A stretch of 64,000 bases of DNA from Armatimonadota bacterium (GTDB lineage Bacteria; Armatimonadota; UBA5829; DSUL01): the NCBI GenBank assembly GCA_039811685.1, contig JBDHZC010000003.1:256001-320000 (forward strand). Direction: 5' to 3'. The notes beneath the pieces are model-generated. The model saw only the letters and a list, made by a program, of their open reading frames with translations. It did no database searches and was not told where the DNA came from. Each line of letters begins with the position of its first letter. The stretch's first letter is position 1. Of this stretch, positions 9,454 through 20,275 are shown piece by piece. A program made the translations under genes and the position numbers.

Positions 9454-10785
9454 CTAGATGCGGTCATAAGGGCGACGCATCGGACGCGAAAGCATAGCGT
9501 TGGCTTCTTTGTCGCCTTTGAAGACTTCTCTCTTCGGGTCCCATTCCAGCTTTCGTCCACCCAGTCTCAGCGAGATATTCCCAAGGTGGCAGACACTCAC
9601 GCTGCGATGTCCGATCTCTGCGTCACAGATGGGCTGGCGGTCACGTTTGCGGATGCAGTCCAGCCAGTTGCCGGTGTGGTCATCAGAGAAGTAAAGCCGT
9701 TCGGCATTTTCTGGTAGGGGTTCGTCCAGGAGTTTCTGATCACTGGCCTTCAGCACACCGCGGCTGACAAATATCCAGCCGTCTTCTCCCTGAAAGTGCA
9801 CACCGTTCTGGCCTTTGTTGGTCGTGCGCAGGGTGATACCGTCCTCATAGGTGTGCAATACGTCGAACTCTGGAAAAGTGCTGTAGCACTCACTGCAGAT
9901 AGTCGGACCTTTGCCCATTGCTTGCGTGCTGACCGGACCAGATCTGTCCCGTCCAAGCCCCCACTGCGCGATGTCATTGTGGTGAGCTCCCCAGTCCGTC
10001 ATCATGCCCCCTGAGTATTCCAGCCACCAGCGAAAGCTTCCATGTGTGCGCTCTTTGACGTACTGCGTTTCAGGCGCAGGCCCCAGCCACATATCCCAGT
10101 CCAGATCACTCGGAATGGGCGTGGGCTCAAAGGGTCCTCCTTCCGGCCCGGTTGGAAGATGAGCCTCTGCATACTGGATCTTGCCGATCCGTCCATTGCG
10201 TACAAGCTCGCACGCCAGCCTGAACTTCGCGTCCGAGCGCTGCTGGCTACCGGTCTGAAAAATCGCTCCAGTCTCTTTCCACACTCTGACAATCTTCTTT
10301 CCTTCGTCGATTGTCAGCGTCAGAGGCTTTTCGCAGTAAACGTCCTTTCCGGCTTTCATTGCGGCGATGGCTATGTTGGTGTGCCAGTGGTCTGGCGTGC
10401 CGATAACGACAGCGTCCAGATCCTCGCGCGCCAGCAGATCGCGGTAGTCTTTATAGGATTTGCAGTCTTTTCCGAAGGCAGCGAGCGCCTCCGCCAGATG
10501 GGTCGCATCAACGTCGCAGGCTCCGATCACCTTTACGCCTGGATGTCCGGCGGCGGCCTGCGTGTCGTGCAATCCCTGTTTGAAGCCACCTTTGCTTCCC
10601 CCTGCGCCAATGACTGCGATGTTGATCTGGTCGTTCGGGCCGAATTTCCGGCTGGTAGTGCGCGACACCGCGCTTTTTGCGGCTGCCTCTTCCACAAACC
10701 ATTTTGGCAATCCGGTAGCGGCAATGGCGGCTGCTGATCCCATCACGAAACTGCGTCGAGAGATAGTTGTTTTCTTATCCTTCAA
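9454..10785 (-). CDS. Tat-exported Gfo/Idh/MocA oxidoreductase
   Basis: SRRSFV twin-arginine signal; IGTPDHWH, DVYCEKP, DWGAHH. TTG start after GGGAGG. Confidence 0.9.
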   Translation of the reverse strand: MKDKKTTISRRSFVMGSAAAIAATGLPKWFVEEAAAKSAVSRTTSRKFGPNDQINIAVIGAGGSKGGFKQGLHDTQAAAGHPGVKVIGACDVDATHLAEALAAFGKDCKSYKDYRDLLAREDLDAVVIGTPDHWHTNIAIAAMKAGKDVYCEKPLTLTIDEGKKIVRVWKETGAIFQTGSQQRSDAKFRLACELVRNGRIGKIQYAEAHLPTGPEGGPFEPTPIPSDLDWDMWLGPAPETQYVKERTHGSFRWWLEYSGGMMTDWGAHHNDIAQWGLGRDRSGPVSTQAMGKGPTICSECYSTFPEFDVLHTYEDGITLRTTNKGQNGVHFQGEDGWIFVSRGVLKASDQKLLDEPLPENAERLYFSDDHTGNWLDCIRKRDRQPICDAEIGHRSVSVCHLGNISLRLGGRKLEWDPKREVFKGDKEANAMLSRPMRRPYDRI

Positions 10786-10999
10786 TGGAGCCTCCCAAGA
10801 GTGGACTACGCAGGCTTGTTCTGCGGCTGGAGCCGCTTGTCCTGCGGTTCGCGTGTCGATTGCCCTGCGCGTAGTGAGCTTTTGCCTGTAGAAGCAGATA
10901 CGCCGGCAAGAGAGCTTGATAGAAGTCTTTGTAAGTTCGCGTGCGTCTCTGTATATAGGCATACCTGCTCACTGTGATGTACAATACGCGCTGACGAGC

Positions 11000-12811
11000 A
11001 TGCCAAACGCCCATTCTCAAGATCACATCCGCAATTTCTGCATCATCGCGCACATTGACCACGGCAAGTCCACTCTGGCTGATCGTATCCTGGAACTCAC
11101 CCAGTCAGTAAACGAACGCGAAAAGCGCGATCAGATGCTGGATACGATGGACCTTGAACGTGAGCGCGGAATTACTATCAAGATGACAGCCGTCCGGCTG
11201 GCTTACACGGCGGATGACGGAGAGACGTATCGACTCAATCTCATAGACACTCCAGGGCATGTGGACTTCAGCTACGAAGTATCCCGCAGTCTCACGGCGT
11301 GCGAAGGTGCGCTGCTTGTCGTGGACGCGGCACAGGGAGTGGAAGCCCAGACGCTGGCGAACGTCAATCTGGCCATGTCTGCGGGACTGGAGATTATCCC
11401 TGTCATCAACAAGATTGACATGCCCGCAGCAGATCCAGAGCGTGTGAAAGAGGAGTTGGAGAACGTGCTTGCGATTGATTCCTCAGACGCGGTTTTGGCT
11501 AGCGCGCGGGAAGGGATAGGAGTTCACGACATTCTTGAGCACATCGTGCATCTTATTCCACCGCCTTCCGGCAACTCCGAAGCGCCCTTGCGTGCTCTGA
11601 TTTTTGATTCCCACTTCGATCAATATCTTGGCGTTGTGGCTTACGTCCGTATTGTCGATGGGCGTTTGGAGCCTGGCGAGCGCATTCGCATGATGTCCAG
11701 TGGCCGGGTCTTTGAGGTCAACGGGGTGGGGGTTTTCCGTCCCGCTATGCAACAGACGGACTCGCTGGCCTCCGGCGAGGTTGGTTATATTATCGCCTCT
11801 ATGAAGCAGGTGGACGATGCGCGCGTTGGAGACACTATTACCACCGCTTCGGGAGGCGCATCTGAACCTCTCCCTGGCTACAAGCGCGCCAAACCGATGG
11901 TCTCCTGTGGCCTGTACCCGTTGGACTCTGAGGACTACCCTGACTTCCGGGAAGCGCTGGAGAAGCTGCAGCTCAATGACGCGTCGCTAAGCTGGGAGCC
12001 GGAGACCTCCGCTGCTCTCGGATTCGGCTTCCGCTGCGGGTTTCTGGGGCTGCTCCACATGGATATTGTTCAGGAGCGGCTGGAGCGGGAGTTTGGCCTG
12101 GGCATCATCGCCACTGCGCCCGGCGTTGTGTACCGTGTGTACAAGACTGACGGGCAGATGGTGGAAGTGGACAACCCGTCCAAACTGCCCGCAGTGACAC
12201 AGATTGAACACATAGAAGAACCTGTTGTGGACGCGACGGTAATTGTTCCTTCAGATTATCTCGGAGGGGTGCTGGACCTGTGCCAGGACCGGCGCGGTGA
12301 GTTCCAGCATATGGAGTACTCCGGAACAACGCGCGTCATCGTGAGGTACAAGCTTCCGCTTGCAGAAATCCTTATGGATTTCTACGATCAGCTCAAAAGC
12401 CGCACGAAGGGCTATGCGTCGTTTGACTACGAGGTCGCCGGTTATCAGGAGTCCCAGGTTGTCAAACTGGATATTCTCCTGAACGGCTCACCTGTCGATG
12501 CGCTGTCCTTCATCACGCACCGCGATCGAGCCTACCAGCGAGGCAAACTGATGGTAGAGCGCCTCAAGGATATCCTGCCTCGCCAGCTTTTTGAGATACG
12601 CATTCAGGCGGCTATCGGGCACAAGGTCATCGCTGCTGAATCCGTGCGCGCTCTGCGCAAAAACGTCACGGCCAAGTGCTATGGTGGAGATATCACGCGC
12701 AAGCGCAAGCTCCTGGAAAAACAGCGTGAAGGCAAGAAGCGTATGAAGTCGATTGGGTCGGTCGAAGTTCCGCAGGAAGCGTTTCTCAGCGTTCTGAAGC
12801 TCGGAGACTGA
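11000..12811 (+). CDS. lepA: Elongation factor 4
   Basis: [45 protein letters not shown]. Confidence 0.98.
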   Translation: MPNAHSQDHIRNFCIIAHIDHGKSTLADRILELTQSVNEREKRDQMLDTMDLERERGITIKMTAVRLAYTADDGETYRLNLIDTPGHVDFSYEVSRSLTACEGALLVVDAAQGVEAQTLANVNLAMSAGLEIIPVINKIDMPAADPERVKEELENVLAIDSSDAVLASAREGIGVHDILEHIVHLIPPPSGNSEAPLRALIFDSHFDQYLGVVAYVRIVDGRLEPGERIRMMSSGRVFEVNGVGVFRPAMQQTDSLASGEVGYIIASMKQVDDARVGDTITTASGGASEPLPGYKRAKPMVSCGLYPLDSEDYPDFREALEKLQLNDASLSWEPETSAALGFGFRCGFLGLLHMDIVQERLEREFGLGIIATAPGVVYRVYKTDGQMVEVDNPSKLPAVTQIEHIEEPVVDATVIVPSDYLGGVLDLCQDRRGEFQHMEYSGTTRVIVRYKLPLAEILMDFYDQLKSRTKGYASFDYEVAGYQESQVVKLDILLNGSPVDALSFITHRDRAYQRGKLMVERLKDILPRQLFEIRIQAAIGHKVIAAESVRALRKNVTAKCYGGDITRKRKLLEKQREGKKRMKSIGSVEVPQEAFLSVLKLGD

Positions 12812-12950
12812 TCATTCACTGATCGAGCTTTTCGTCTGCTGGCTCGCTAATCACTGTTTTTCAGAACGAACTCTGTCGATCAACGTCGTCTACAGATCGG
12901 ACGTTGCACTCTCGCAGAGAGCGTGGAATGACGAAGGACTCCCACATACA

Positions 12951-13442
12951 TCACGCCGCTTCCTGTGCTTGAGAGCTGTTGATGAGAGAAACAGCGTGTT
13001 TGAGCGCTGGCAGGATGACCTGCATAGCCTCACGCGCAAAGCGCGGATTTCCCTGAACACTGACGACAAGTGTCTGGTTTCGAATACCTGCGACTCCTCT
13101 GCTTAGCATGGCTCGCGGACTATTCTGAAGCGCCGCCAGACGAATGGCTTCCGGAATTCCCGGAATCAGAGTATCGAGAAGCGGGGTCACAGCTTCCGGG
13201 GTGACGTCGATTGGAGCCACGCCTGTTCCTCCCGTCGTCACGACAAGCTGGATATTCGAGTCCGGCTTGCACCACTTCTCCAGGATCGTCTGGATCAGCG
13301 CCTTGTCCTCCTCAAGCACCATGTGTTCCTGTACGGCAAAAGTGTCCTTGGGCAGACAGTCGCGGATGGCCGATCCGCTCACATCCAGAGCTTTGCCGGT
13401 AGCAGCGGCGGAGTTGACTGCCAGTATTGCGACGTTAATCAT
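12951..13442 (-). CDS. MogA/MoaB-family molybdenum cofactor protein (divergent)
   Basis: TTGGTG..P.DVTPEA and AMLSRGVAGIR motifs. Confidence 0.85.
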   Translation of the reverse strand: MINVAILAVNSAAATGKALDVSGSAIRDCLPKDTFAVQEHMVLEEDKALIQTILEKWCKPDSNIQLVVTTGGTGVAPIDVTPEAVTPLLDTLIPGIPEAIRLAALQNSPRAMLSRGVAGIRNQTLVVSVQGNPRFAREAMQVILPALKHAVSLINSSQAQEAA

Positions 13443-13531
13443 GTTACAGACTCCCGGGCAGTGAAAACGCTCATCACTCTGCTGTTTTTCCACGAATGCA
13501 GGCAGTTACCTCAGCCATTCTGACCTCAATA

Positions 13532-13564
13532 GAAAAAGCCCCCGGACTCAGCGAATCCGGGGGC
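13532..13564 (-). terminator. Intrinsic terminator of hppA
   Basis: GCCCCCGGA...TCCGGGGGC stem followed by TTTTT on the minus strand. Confidence 0.85.
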
Positions 13565-13591
13565 AGATATCAGACGAAACCTGCGATGTTC

Positions 13592-16027
13592 TCAGGTTGT
13601 GGATGTTACTTCTTCCATCTCAGGAGTTGTGCTGGCCGTTGTATCCACGTCCAGACTTCCGCGCTTGCTCCAGAGCGTCGCTCCTGTCAGAGCGCCAATG
13701 GCTATGATAGCGATGATCGCCCGCGTAGCTGCGGACATATCTGACAGGACGATAGGCGCCAGCAGTAGAGCGACAAGGTTCATAACCTTGATCAACGGGT
13801 TCAGAGCCGGACCGGCCGTATCTTTGAACGGGTCGCCGACTGTATCTCCGACCACCGTCGCCTTGTGCTCTTCCGTGCCCTTTCCGCCGAACATGCCGTC
13901 TTCAACTTTCTTCTTGGCGTTGTCCCAAAGACCGCCCGTGTTGGACAGCATCACTGCCATAAGCTGGCCTGAGAGAATGGCGCCGGCAAGGAAGCCACCA
14001 AGAGCTTCAAAACCGCCCTGGGGATCTGCGGAGATGAGGCTCAGGCCGAACGCAACCAGAATGGGTGCGCTAACGGCCAGAACAGCCGGACTCAACAACT
14101 CTTTCTGAGCTGCAGCGGTTGAAATAGCCACACATCTCTGGTAGTCTGGCTTGCCAACGTCAGACCCGCTCCGGGGATCGTAATCCATAATCCCTTTGAT
14201 CTCCCGGAACTGCCTTCGCACCTCTTCAACAAGCATGAACGCTGCGCGGCTGACCGCGTTGATAGCAAATGAGCTGAACAGGAACGGAACACTGCCACCG
14301 ATAAGCAACCCGATAAAGACGTTAGGCTTGTTGACTTCAATCGCACTCAGGCCAGTGTCCGCCATGAAGCTGCTGAACAACGCCGTCGCGGCAATGACCG
14401 CTGTGGCAATCGCCAGCCCCTTGGTCAGAGCCTTCGTCGTATTGCCCACAGCGTCCAGTTTGGCGACAATTTTGTGCGCGTCTGGATTGGTCCCCGGGTC
14501 CTTCAAGACGCCGGACATCTCAAAGATGCCGTTTGCATTGTCTGAAATGGGACCGTACGTATCCATCGCGAGCATAAAGCCCGTAGTCGCCAGCAGGCCC
14601 AGGCCCGACAGAGCCACGCCGTAAAACGCCAGTTCTGTGCTTCCGGCAAACAGCAGGAACGACGAACCGATGGCGCCGCAGATAGCAACGACAGACCAGA
14701 CTGAAGACTCCATTCCTGCGCCGAAGCCGCTGAGAATAACGGTCGCAGGCCCACTCTTGGCGGACTTCGCGCACTCAGTCACAGGCTTCTTGTCAGTCGC
14801 TGTGAAGTACTCAGTCAGCTTCTCAATCACCAGAGCCAGCACGACTCCAGTGAGGTTGGCAACCGCGAACTTCCACCATTCGACCGGAGTCCCATTGACA
14901 CTGATCGGGTGCAACTCTTCAAAGACGTACCACGAGACTGCGAAGAAGCCCAGGATGGCCAGTATTCCGGAAATCCAGAATCCGACGTTGATTGGCTTCA
15001 TCGGGTCCATACTCAGGTCGTCTTTGCCCACGACGCTGTAGATGCCAATAATTGACGCAAACACGCCGACAGCTCTAATGAGCAGCGGGTACATAACCAG
15101 CGCAAGCACCGCCTGGCCCCCGCCGACCGCCGCCGAGGCTGCTGCGCCGAGAATAATAGCGGCAACCAGAGTCACTTCATAAGACTCAAAAACGTCAGCA
15201 GCCATACCTGCGCAGTCACCGACGTTGTCACCTACGTTGTCCGCGATAGTTGCGGCGTTGCGTGGATCGTCCTCAGGGATATTCTTCTCTACCTTGCCGA
15301 CGAGATCTGCGCCTACGTCTGCAGCCTTAGTGTAGATTCCGCCGCCAATCCTCATAAACAGAGCCGCCAGACAACCTCCGAAGCCGAAGCCTACCAGCAC
15401 CTTCATAGACTGGTTGCCGAACAGGAAGAATACAATGCAGGCGCCCATCAGTCCGAGTCCAACTGTCGCCATCCCCGACACCGAACCGGAGCGAAACGCG
15501 ACGTACAGCGCTTTCTTGTAGCTTGTGAGTGCAGCGTTGGCGACCCGGCAGTTGGCCTGGACTGCCATCATCATCCCGACTAACCCTGCAATGTAAGACG
15601 CCGCAACTCCCATCACAAACGCAATGGCGACACCTATATACAGCGGTATAGCCGTGCCTTCTATGTTGTAGGCAGGATTGTCTTTGTACAGAAATATCAG
15701 GCCAAGAGCGATGATGATCACAAACCAGATCATCGTCGCCATCTGCTTCTTCAGGTAGGCCCATGCGCCTTCCTGAACTGCCTTCGAAACCTCCACCATG
15801 CCTTTACTGCCCGGATCCTCACGAAGGATCGCGAGGTACCACACGCCTCCGAAGATCAGGCCGATGATAGCGCTGATAAAGACGACCCAGATAGCCGTCA
15901 TCATTATCGGAAGCTCTGAAAAGGCAGGAAGCTCGATCGCTTCAGCCGCATGGGCGGGCGAAGCTAAAGCAAGCCCCAGGGTTGCCAAAGGGGCCGCTGC
16001 CAACCACGTTCTAGAACGTCTCAGCAA
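13592..16027 (-). CDS. hppA: Membrane-bound pyrophosphatase, K+-independent (H+-translocating) type
   Basis: GGGIYTKAADVGADLVGKVE, DNVGDNVGD, GDTVGDPFKD. GNTTKA has the Lys that marks K+-independent enzymes. Confidence 0.95.
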   Translation of the reverse strand: MLRRSRTWLAAAPLATLGLALASPAHAAEAIELPAFSELPIMMTAIWVVFISAIIGLIFGGVWYLAILREDPGSKGMVEVSKAVQEGAWAYLKKQMATMIWFVIIIALGLIFLYKDNPAYNIEGTAIPLYIGVAIAFVMGVAASYIAGLVGMMMAVQANCRVANAALTSYKKALYVAFRSGSVSGMATVGLGLMGACIVFFLFGNQSMKVLVGFGFGGCLAALFMRIGGGIYTKAADVGADLVGKVEKNIPEDDPRNAATIADNVGDNVGDCAGMAADVFESYEVTLVAAIILGAAASAAVGGGQAVLALVMYPLLIRAVGVFASIIGIYSVVGKDDLSMDPMKPINVGFWISGILAILGFFAVSWYVFEELHPISVNGTPVEWWKFAVANLTGVVLALVIEKLTEYFTATDKKPVTECAKSAKSGPATVILSGFGAGMESSVWSVVAICGAIGSSFLLFAGSTELAFYGVALSGLGLLATTGFMLAMDTYGPISDNANGIFEMSGVLKDPGTNPDAHKIVAKLDAVGNTTKALTKGLAIATAVIAATALFSSFMADTGLSAIEVNKPNVFIGLLIGGSVPFLFSSFAINAVSRAAFMLVEEVRRQFREIKGIMDYDPRSGSDVGKPDYQRCVAISTAAAQKELLSPAVLAVSAPILVAFGLSLISADPQGGFEALGGFLAGAILSGQLMAVMLSNTGGLWDNAKKKVEDGMFGGKGTEEHKATVVGDTVGDPFKDTAGPALNPLIKVMNLVALLLAPIVLSDMSAATRAIIAIIAIGALTGATLWSKRGSLDVDTTASTTPEMEEVTSTT

Positions 16028-16237
16028 TGCTTGAGTCCTCTCATTGATAGCCCGTCAGCGTACAAGCTCGTCCTCGACTGCGCAGTTCGTCTTTGAGAGA
16101 ATAGCTGAAGGGGCCTGTCATTTAGATTAGGCGGGTTGCGTCGGCGCACGTCCGCCAGACGCGCACGGTATCCGGATACGACGCGCCGGCAACGGCTGCG
16201 CGCGTCCGAAGCACCGGCGCTGGCAATAAGCCGCCGT

Positions 16238-16267
16238 ATTATAAGGATTTTGGCGGCCTCGAGTCAA
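16238..16267 (-). promoter_or_regulatory. Sigma70 promoter of hppA
   Basis: TTGACT-N18-TATAAT. Confidence 0.7.
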
Positions 16268-16495
16268 GACGATTTGCAGGCTTCTTATCGTGATTCTGCG
16301 CTCTGGAATTGGCCAGGAACTGCCAATTGAGCGTGCGCGCGTCACAATAGCGGCTTTTGGTGTCAGTTGCGCAGTACGAATAATCTGACGCGGTGGTTCA
16401 AAAGTACTGCGACACTTGTCCTTTGTCTCAGGCGTCTTACAGGACGGTAGAACCTATACCCCCCAGTCGCCACCGGTCTGAATGACACAAGCGCG

Positions 16496-16526
16496 AAAAG
16501 GCCCGAAAGCAAACGCTTCCGGGCCC
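16496..16526 (-). terminator. Terminator at the end of the pilin operon
   Basis: GGCCCGGAAGC-GTTT-GCTTTCGGGCC-TTTT on the minus strand. Confidence 0.7.
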
Positions 16527-16556
16527 GGCAACATTTCCTGCTGTAGTCGCTGCGTA

Positions 16557-17072
16557 TCAGTCTATGATGTACTGATTGTGATCGCCTCCATAGCTGCGGA
16601 CACTCTCGTCCGCCTCAGCCGTTCTTGCGTCTTGCTCGTCGTGCTCAGCCTGTGTCCGGGCCAGCATCTTGGTCACTGCCCGTCCGCCGCCTAACGTGAC
16701 GATCCCCGTAACTCCTGCGATCATCAGAATCACTCCTCGTGTTCGTTTTCCAGTGTCCTGAATGGGCGTTTGCTGACGTCCGGCGGTCTCGCCACGCTCG
16801 TGTGCCGCGAAGGCGTTGGCGAAGCTCTGTGCCGTGCCTGTTGCTGCCGGAGCAGGTTTGTTGTAGGCAGCCTGATCAGTTGTAGCGGGAGCGTTTGCCC
16901 CATAGACTTGCGGGGCGTCTGCCTGCTCTGCTTCTCGGCGCTGTTCCTTCTCCTGTGGAGTCTGCTGATGGAACTCGGGATCCACCGGAAGCGGCAAATT
17001 GATAGCCGCTCGGACGGCAGTGGCGCTTAGCAGGACGCCCACTGCAATGGCAGGTGCAAGAAACTTGGTCAT
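16557..17072 (-). CDS. Hypothetical exported protein with a late transmembrane helix
   Basis: Signal peptide, Gln/Ala-rich region, TM GVILMIAGVTGIVTLG; ATGA overlap with the upstream gene. Confidence 0.7.
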   Translation of the reverse strand: MTKFLAPAIAVGVLLSATAVRAAINLPLPVDPEFHQQTPQEKEQRREAEQADAPQVYGANAPATTDQAAYNKPAPAATGTAQSFANAFAAHERGETAGRQQTPIQDTGKRTRGVILMIAGVTGIVTLGGGRAVTKMLARTQAEHDEQDARTAEADESVRSYGGDHNQYIID

Positions 17073-18886
17073 ATCTCCCTCCACGACAGCGAAGTAAGCG
17101 TTGGAGACATTGGAAGGTTGATATTGATGAGAGAGTCTCCCATGTCAGCCCGCCAGCGCAGGCGGTTGTCGTAGTTCATAACAAGTGGCAGGCTCTGCAA
17201 CACCATGGCCTCATCACGAGAAATGATGGAACCGTTGAACGTGACGCCGCCTGAGTTCTCACCAAGCCGCCCGCCTCCGAGGAAGTTGGTGTAGAGCACG
17301 GCGTTTATCTGGTGAATTGATTCGCTGACGCTGTCGATGTAGTTGTCGCCCAGGATAGACTGATAGCGCATTTTCCCTGTGTAGTCCGTGGCCTTTGCAT
17401 TGAAAGCCGGAATCAGATTGCCGTTGTCGTCATAGCGGGCTTTGGTGAACGGGGGGGTCATATACTGCAGTTCAGTGTTGCTGAACTTCTTGGTGTTGCC
17501 CATGATCACGCTTCCGCGAGCCGCCAGGCCAAGCAGGTCTTTCTTTTCGTTTGCCTTGTCCACGGTCGCAATGTCGCTACCGACGAAGTTTGGCGACTGA
17601 CTGTAGGTGATATCTCCTACAATGTGCACATTGCGGCCGGTATAGATGCAGCCTTGTCCGGAAATGACGCCCTTGATGACCGCATCTCCCGTGATCGTGA
17701 CCGGGCCGTGTATTTTCACGGGTTTGCTGCTGGTTCCGATGACTCCCAGGCTTCCATCGTACACGCCATTTGTGGTCACGCGTTCGTACCTGTTTGTGAG
17801 TGAGTTGAACATTTCGATGTAGGCGCCCTGGCCGTAGTAGGGGTTGTTGGAGTTATCCTGATACTTCTCCTTAGCATCGACATAGTTCTGACTGAGCTGC
17901 TTGTAGTAGTCAATATCGGAGAGATCCGGCATTAGAACTTCTTCAGTTGGTTTCGGGCTGAGAAGCTGGTTGGAGTAGGTGCGGATGCCGTTGTTGTCTC
18001 CGATGACCGCGCCGCTTGGTTGTCCGCGCACCATACTGCCTTGTTGATCGTAGATAATATCTCGCCACTTTTCGTACTCATCGGTGCCTTTGACCCCCAT
18101 CTTGCTTGCGGAGTAAGCCATACGCGCCATCGTGGGCGCTTTCGTGGTGTAGGTGGTGTTGCTCCACTGTGTAGGATTGATGTTGACGATACCTGGAGCG
18201 GCCGGGATTAGCTTGTTATTCTTGGCGGCGTAAACACTCCCGTTAATAGTCGGGGTTCCGCCACTGAAGTCGAAATTGCCGTTGGCCCGCATGTCTCCGT
18301 TCACAATCAGGTCGTTGGCGCCAAAGCCGTTCATCCAGCCATAGTTGTTCACAAAGTACGCGTAGTCAAAGACCTTGGAGCGATCCAGCGCCAGCTCTAT
18401 CTGAGACTCGATGGCGCGGCTTTCCTCACCGTTATCCAGGGCTCCGTTGCGGTTCTGATCAACCCACCCAATGGACCTGACGATCACCTGTCTTCTGTAT
18501 GTCCCCTGGATGATATAGTTAACAACTCCGACAGAGTACCGCACGTCGTACGTAGCGGCGCCCTGCACAAGGCCGGCCATAACGAGGCGGGGCGCCCCTG
18601 TTGTAGCCCCGGCGCACTGAGTATCCAGGCTGTCGAAGCGCTGCGTGGCTTTGAATGGCTGCCAGAGGTTAGCCATTTCCTGCTGAAGGCCTGCATCAGC
18701 GGCGTTCAGGGCAATCGCTGCGTTCTCATCGCGGGAGACCCGCGCAGTTCCTGCGGTTGTGAATGACAGCAGTCCGGTGCCAGTGACCATTATCATTCCC
18801 AGCCAGAGCAGCGAAGACGCGAGCGCAGCCCCGCGAGGTGATACGAGGCATTTGATTCGCCGTGAGATAATGCGCTCAAATTTCAT
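17069..18886 (-). CDS. PilX/GspK-like large minor pilin
   Basis: RG|AALASSLL (no Glu5), hydrophobic helix, ALNAADAGL, VRSIGWV, beta-rich C-terminal region. Confidence 0.8.
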   Translation of the reverse strand: MKFERIISRRIKCLVSPRGAALASSLLWLGMIMVTGTGLLSFTTAGTARVSRDENAAIALNAADAGLQQEMANLWQPFKATQRFDSLDTQCAGATTGAPRLVMAGLVQGAATYDVRYSVGVVNYIIQGTYRRQVIVRSIGWVDQNRNGALDNGEESRAIESQIELALDRSKVFDYAYFVNNYGWMNGFGANDLIVNGDMRANGNFDFSGGTPTINGSVYAAKNNKLIPAAPGIVNINPTQWSNTTYTTKAPTMARMAYSASKMGVKGTDEYEKWRDIIYDQQGSMVRGQPSGAVIGDNNGIRTYSNQLLSPKPTEEVLMPDLSDIDYYKQLSQNYVDAKEKYQDNSNNPYYGQGAYIEMFNSLTNRYERVTTNGVYDGSLGVIGTSSKPVKIHGPVTITGDAVIKGVISGQGCIYTGRNVHIVGDITYSQSPNFVGSDIATVDKANEKKDLLGLAARGSVIMGNTKKFSNTELQYMTPPFTKARYDDNGNLIPAFNAKATDYTGKMRYQSILGDNYIDSVSESIHQINAVLYTNFLGGGRLGENSGGVTFNGSIISRDEAMVLQSLPLVMNYDNRLRWRADMGDSLININLPMSPTLTSLSWREI

Positions 18887-19425
18887 TGGACATTCCTCAG
18901 TTGAATGACACCTGTCTTGGTGCTGGCAAAGGTCTCCCGCCCAGTGGAAGTGGACGCGGAAAGCGACACCAGCAGCGCATGACCGGATGGCTGGAGAGTG
19001 AAAATTCTGGCTCCACCGCTTGTCTGCATATTCGTCAGGAGTGGACGGCTGTTGAGAGACCAGATCAGCCGATTCCCGCTCTTATAGAGCCTTCGGGCGA
19101 TCCCGTCCGAAACCAGAGGAGCCGTGTAGTGCTTGCCTGTCGCATCCACATAGGTCTGCGGATAGTAGAACGTCAGCCCCATACCGTCGGCGTCGACCTG
19201 TACCGAGTAGGCCTCTCTCAGCCCTTCGTCAATTCTTCTGATAGCCTGCGCCGTGTCCGTCTCGACTACCGCGCGGCCAAAATCCCGGCTGTAAGTGTTG
19301 ACCGCAGCCACGACAAGCGACAGCCCGCCAAAAGCAAGCATTGTGAAGACAGTCATCGCGGTCATTGTCTCGATCAGCGTGAATCCGCACCGGGAGCGCC
19401 AGTGCGACAAAAGCTGCTTTGTCAT
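18883..19425 (-). CDS. Minor pilin (PilW/GspJ-like)
   Basis: CG|FTLIETMTAM; IDEGLREA. Confidence 0.85.
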   Translation of the reverse strand: MTKQLLSHWRSRCGFTLIETMTAMTVFTMLAFGGLSLVVAAVNTYSRDFGRAVVETDTAQAIRRIDEGLREAYSVQVDADGMGLTFYYPQTYVDATGKHYTAPLVSDGIARRLYKSGNRLIWSLNSRPLLTNMQTSGGARIFTLQPSGHALLVSLSASTSTGRETFASTKTGVIQLRNVQ

Positions 19426-19439
19426 AGTCAGGTTCCCCT

Positions 19440-19913
19440 TCACTGGACATTGGCAAGGTAAGATGACAGTGAAATGGAGCGCGTCGCGGATTTCTCTACC
19501 CAACTCACCACTACTGTGACGCGCAGTACTCCTGTCCCTTGTGGCACAACTGTCAGCGTTCCCGTCCCGGAGGGCAGCGTGTTCGCGATTGTCTGAGACG
19601 AGCCGTGTGTCACGTTCGAAATACTGTATGGCGATGAGGCGGGAGTTGAGTTGATGAGGTTTGCGCTCTGGAGTCCGCCGTAGCTATTTGCGATACTGTA
19701 GCCCGCGTCTCGAAGCGCCTCCATCTCTCGATCGGCCAAAGTCAGCGCCACTGCGTGGTTGTCCGTCTTTTGACGGTTGGTGGTGGATGTCGGAAATGCG
19801 GCAGCATACACTAGCGCACATGCGAGAATTACGGACATCGCAAACACGATTTCCAGCATGGTCATCCCGCGGCGAGATCTCAGATATTGGCTGACTCTTA
19901 AGGATAGTGGCAT
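19440..19913 (-). CDS. Minor pilin (PilV/GspI-like)
   Basis: RG|MTMLEIVFA; ALTLADREMEALR; VTVVVSW. Confidence 0.85.
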   Translation of the reverse strand: MPLSLRVSQYLRSRRGMTMLEIVFAMSVILACALVYAAAFPTSTTNRQKTDNHAVALTLADREMEALRDAGYSIANSYGGLQSANLINSTPASSPYSISNVTHGSSQTIANTLPSGTGTLTVVPQGTGVLRVTVVVSWVEKSATRSISLSSYLANVQ

Positions 19914-19924
19914 GGACTGATCTC

Positions 19925-20275
19925 TCACTGAATGGTGTGTTCTCCGCCCCTGGAGCATGTGGGGTCGGTGCCGAGATCTCCGATGCTGTAAGTCCCGTTC
20001 TCGGGACATACAGGCTTCTGCCCCTTGAGATATGTCGGCACAATGTCGCTCCAAACTGGAGTCGAGCCTGCGGGTTTGTTGTTTTCCATAGCCCACCGCT
20101 CTTTGGCGTGGGCGACGGTGCGCAGATTTTCACGGCAGACTCGGGCAGCGCTGTTTGAGCGGGCCTTGAGCATATTGGGGACGGCGATGGCCATCATGAT
20201 TCCGAGAATCAGAATCACGATCATAATCTCGATGAGTGTAAAGCCGTGGCCGTTGCGTGTGCGTCTTGTTTTCAC
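19925..20275 (-). CDS. Type IV pilin, divergent paralog of the major pilins
   Basis: HG|FTLIEIMIVIL; retains C36, CPENGTY and DPTC..H. Confidence 0.9.
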   Translation of the reverse strand: MKTRRTRNGHGFTLIEIMIVILILGIMMAIAVPNMLKARSNSAARVCRENLRTVAHAKERWAMENNKPAGSTPVWSDIVPTYLKGQKPVCPENGTYSIGDLGTDPTCSRGGEHTIQ

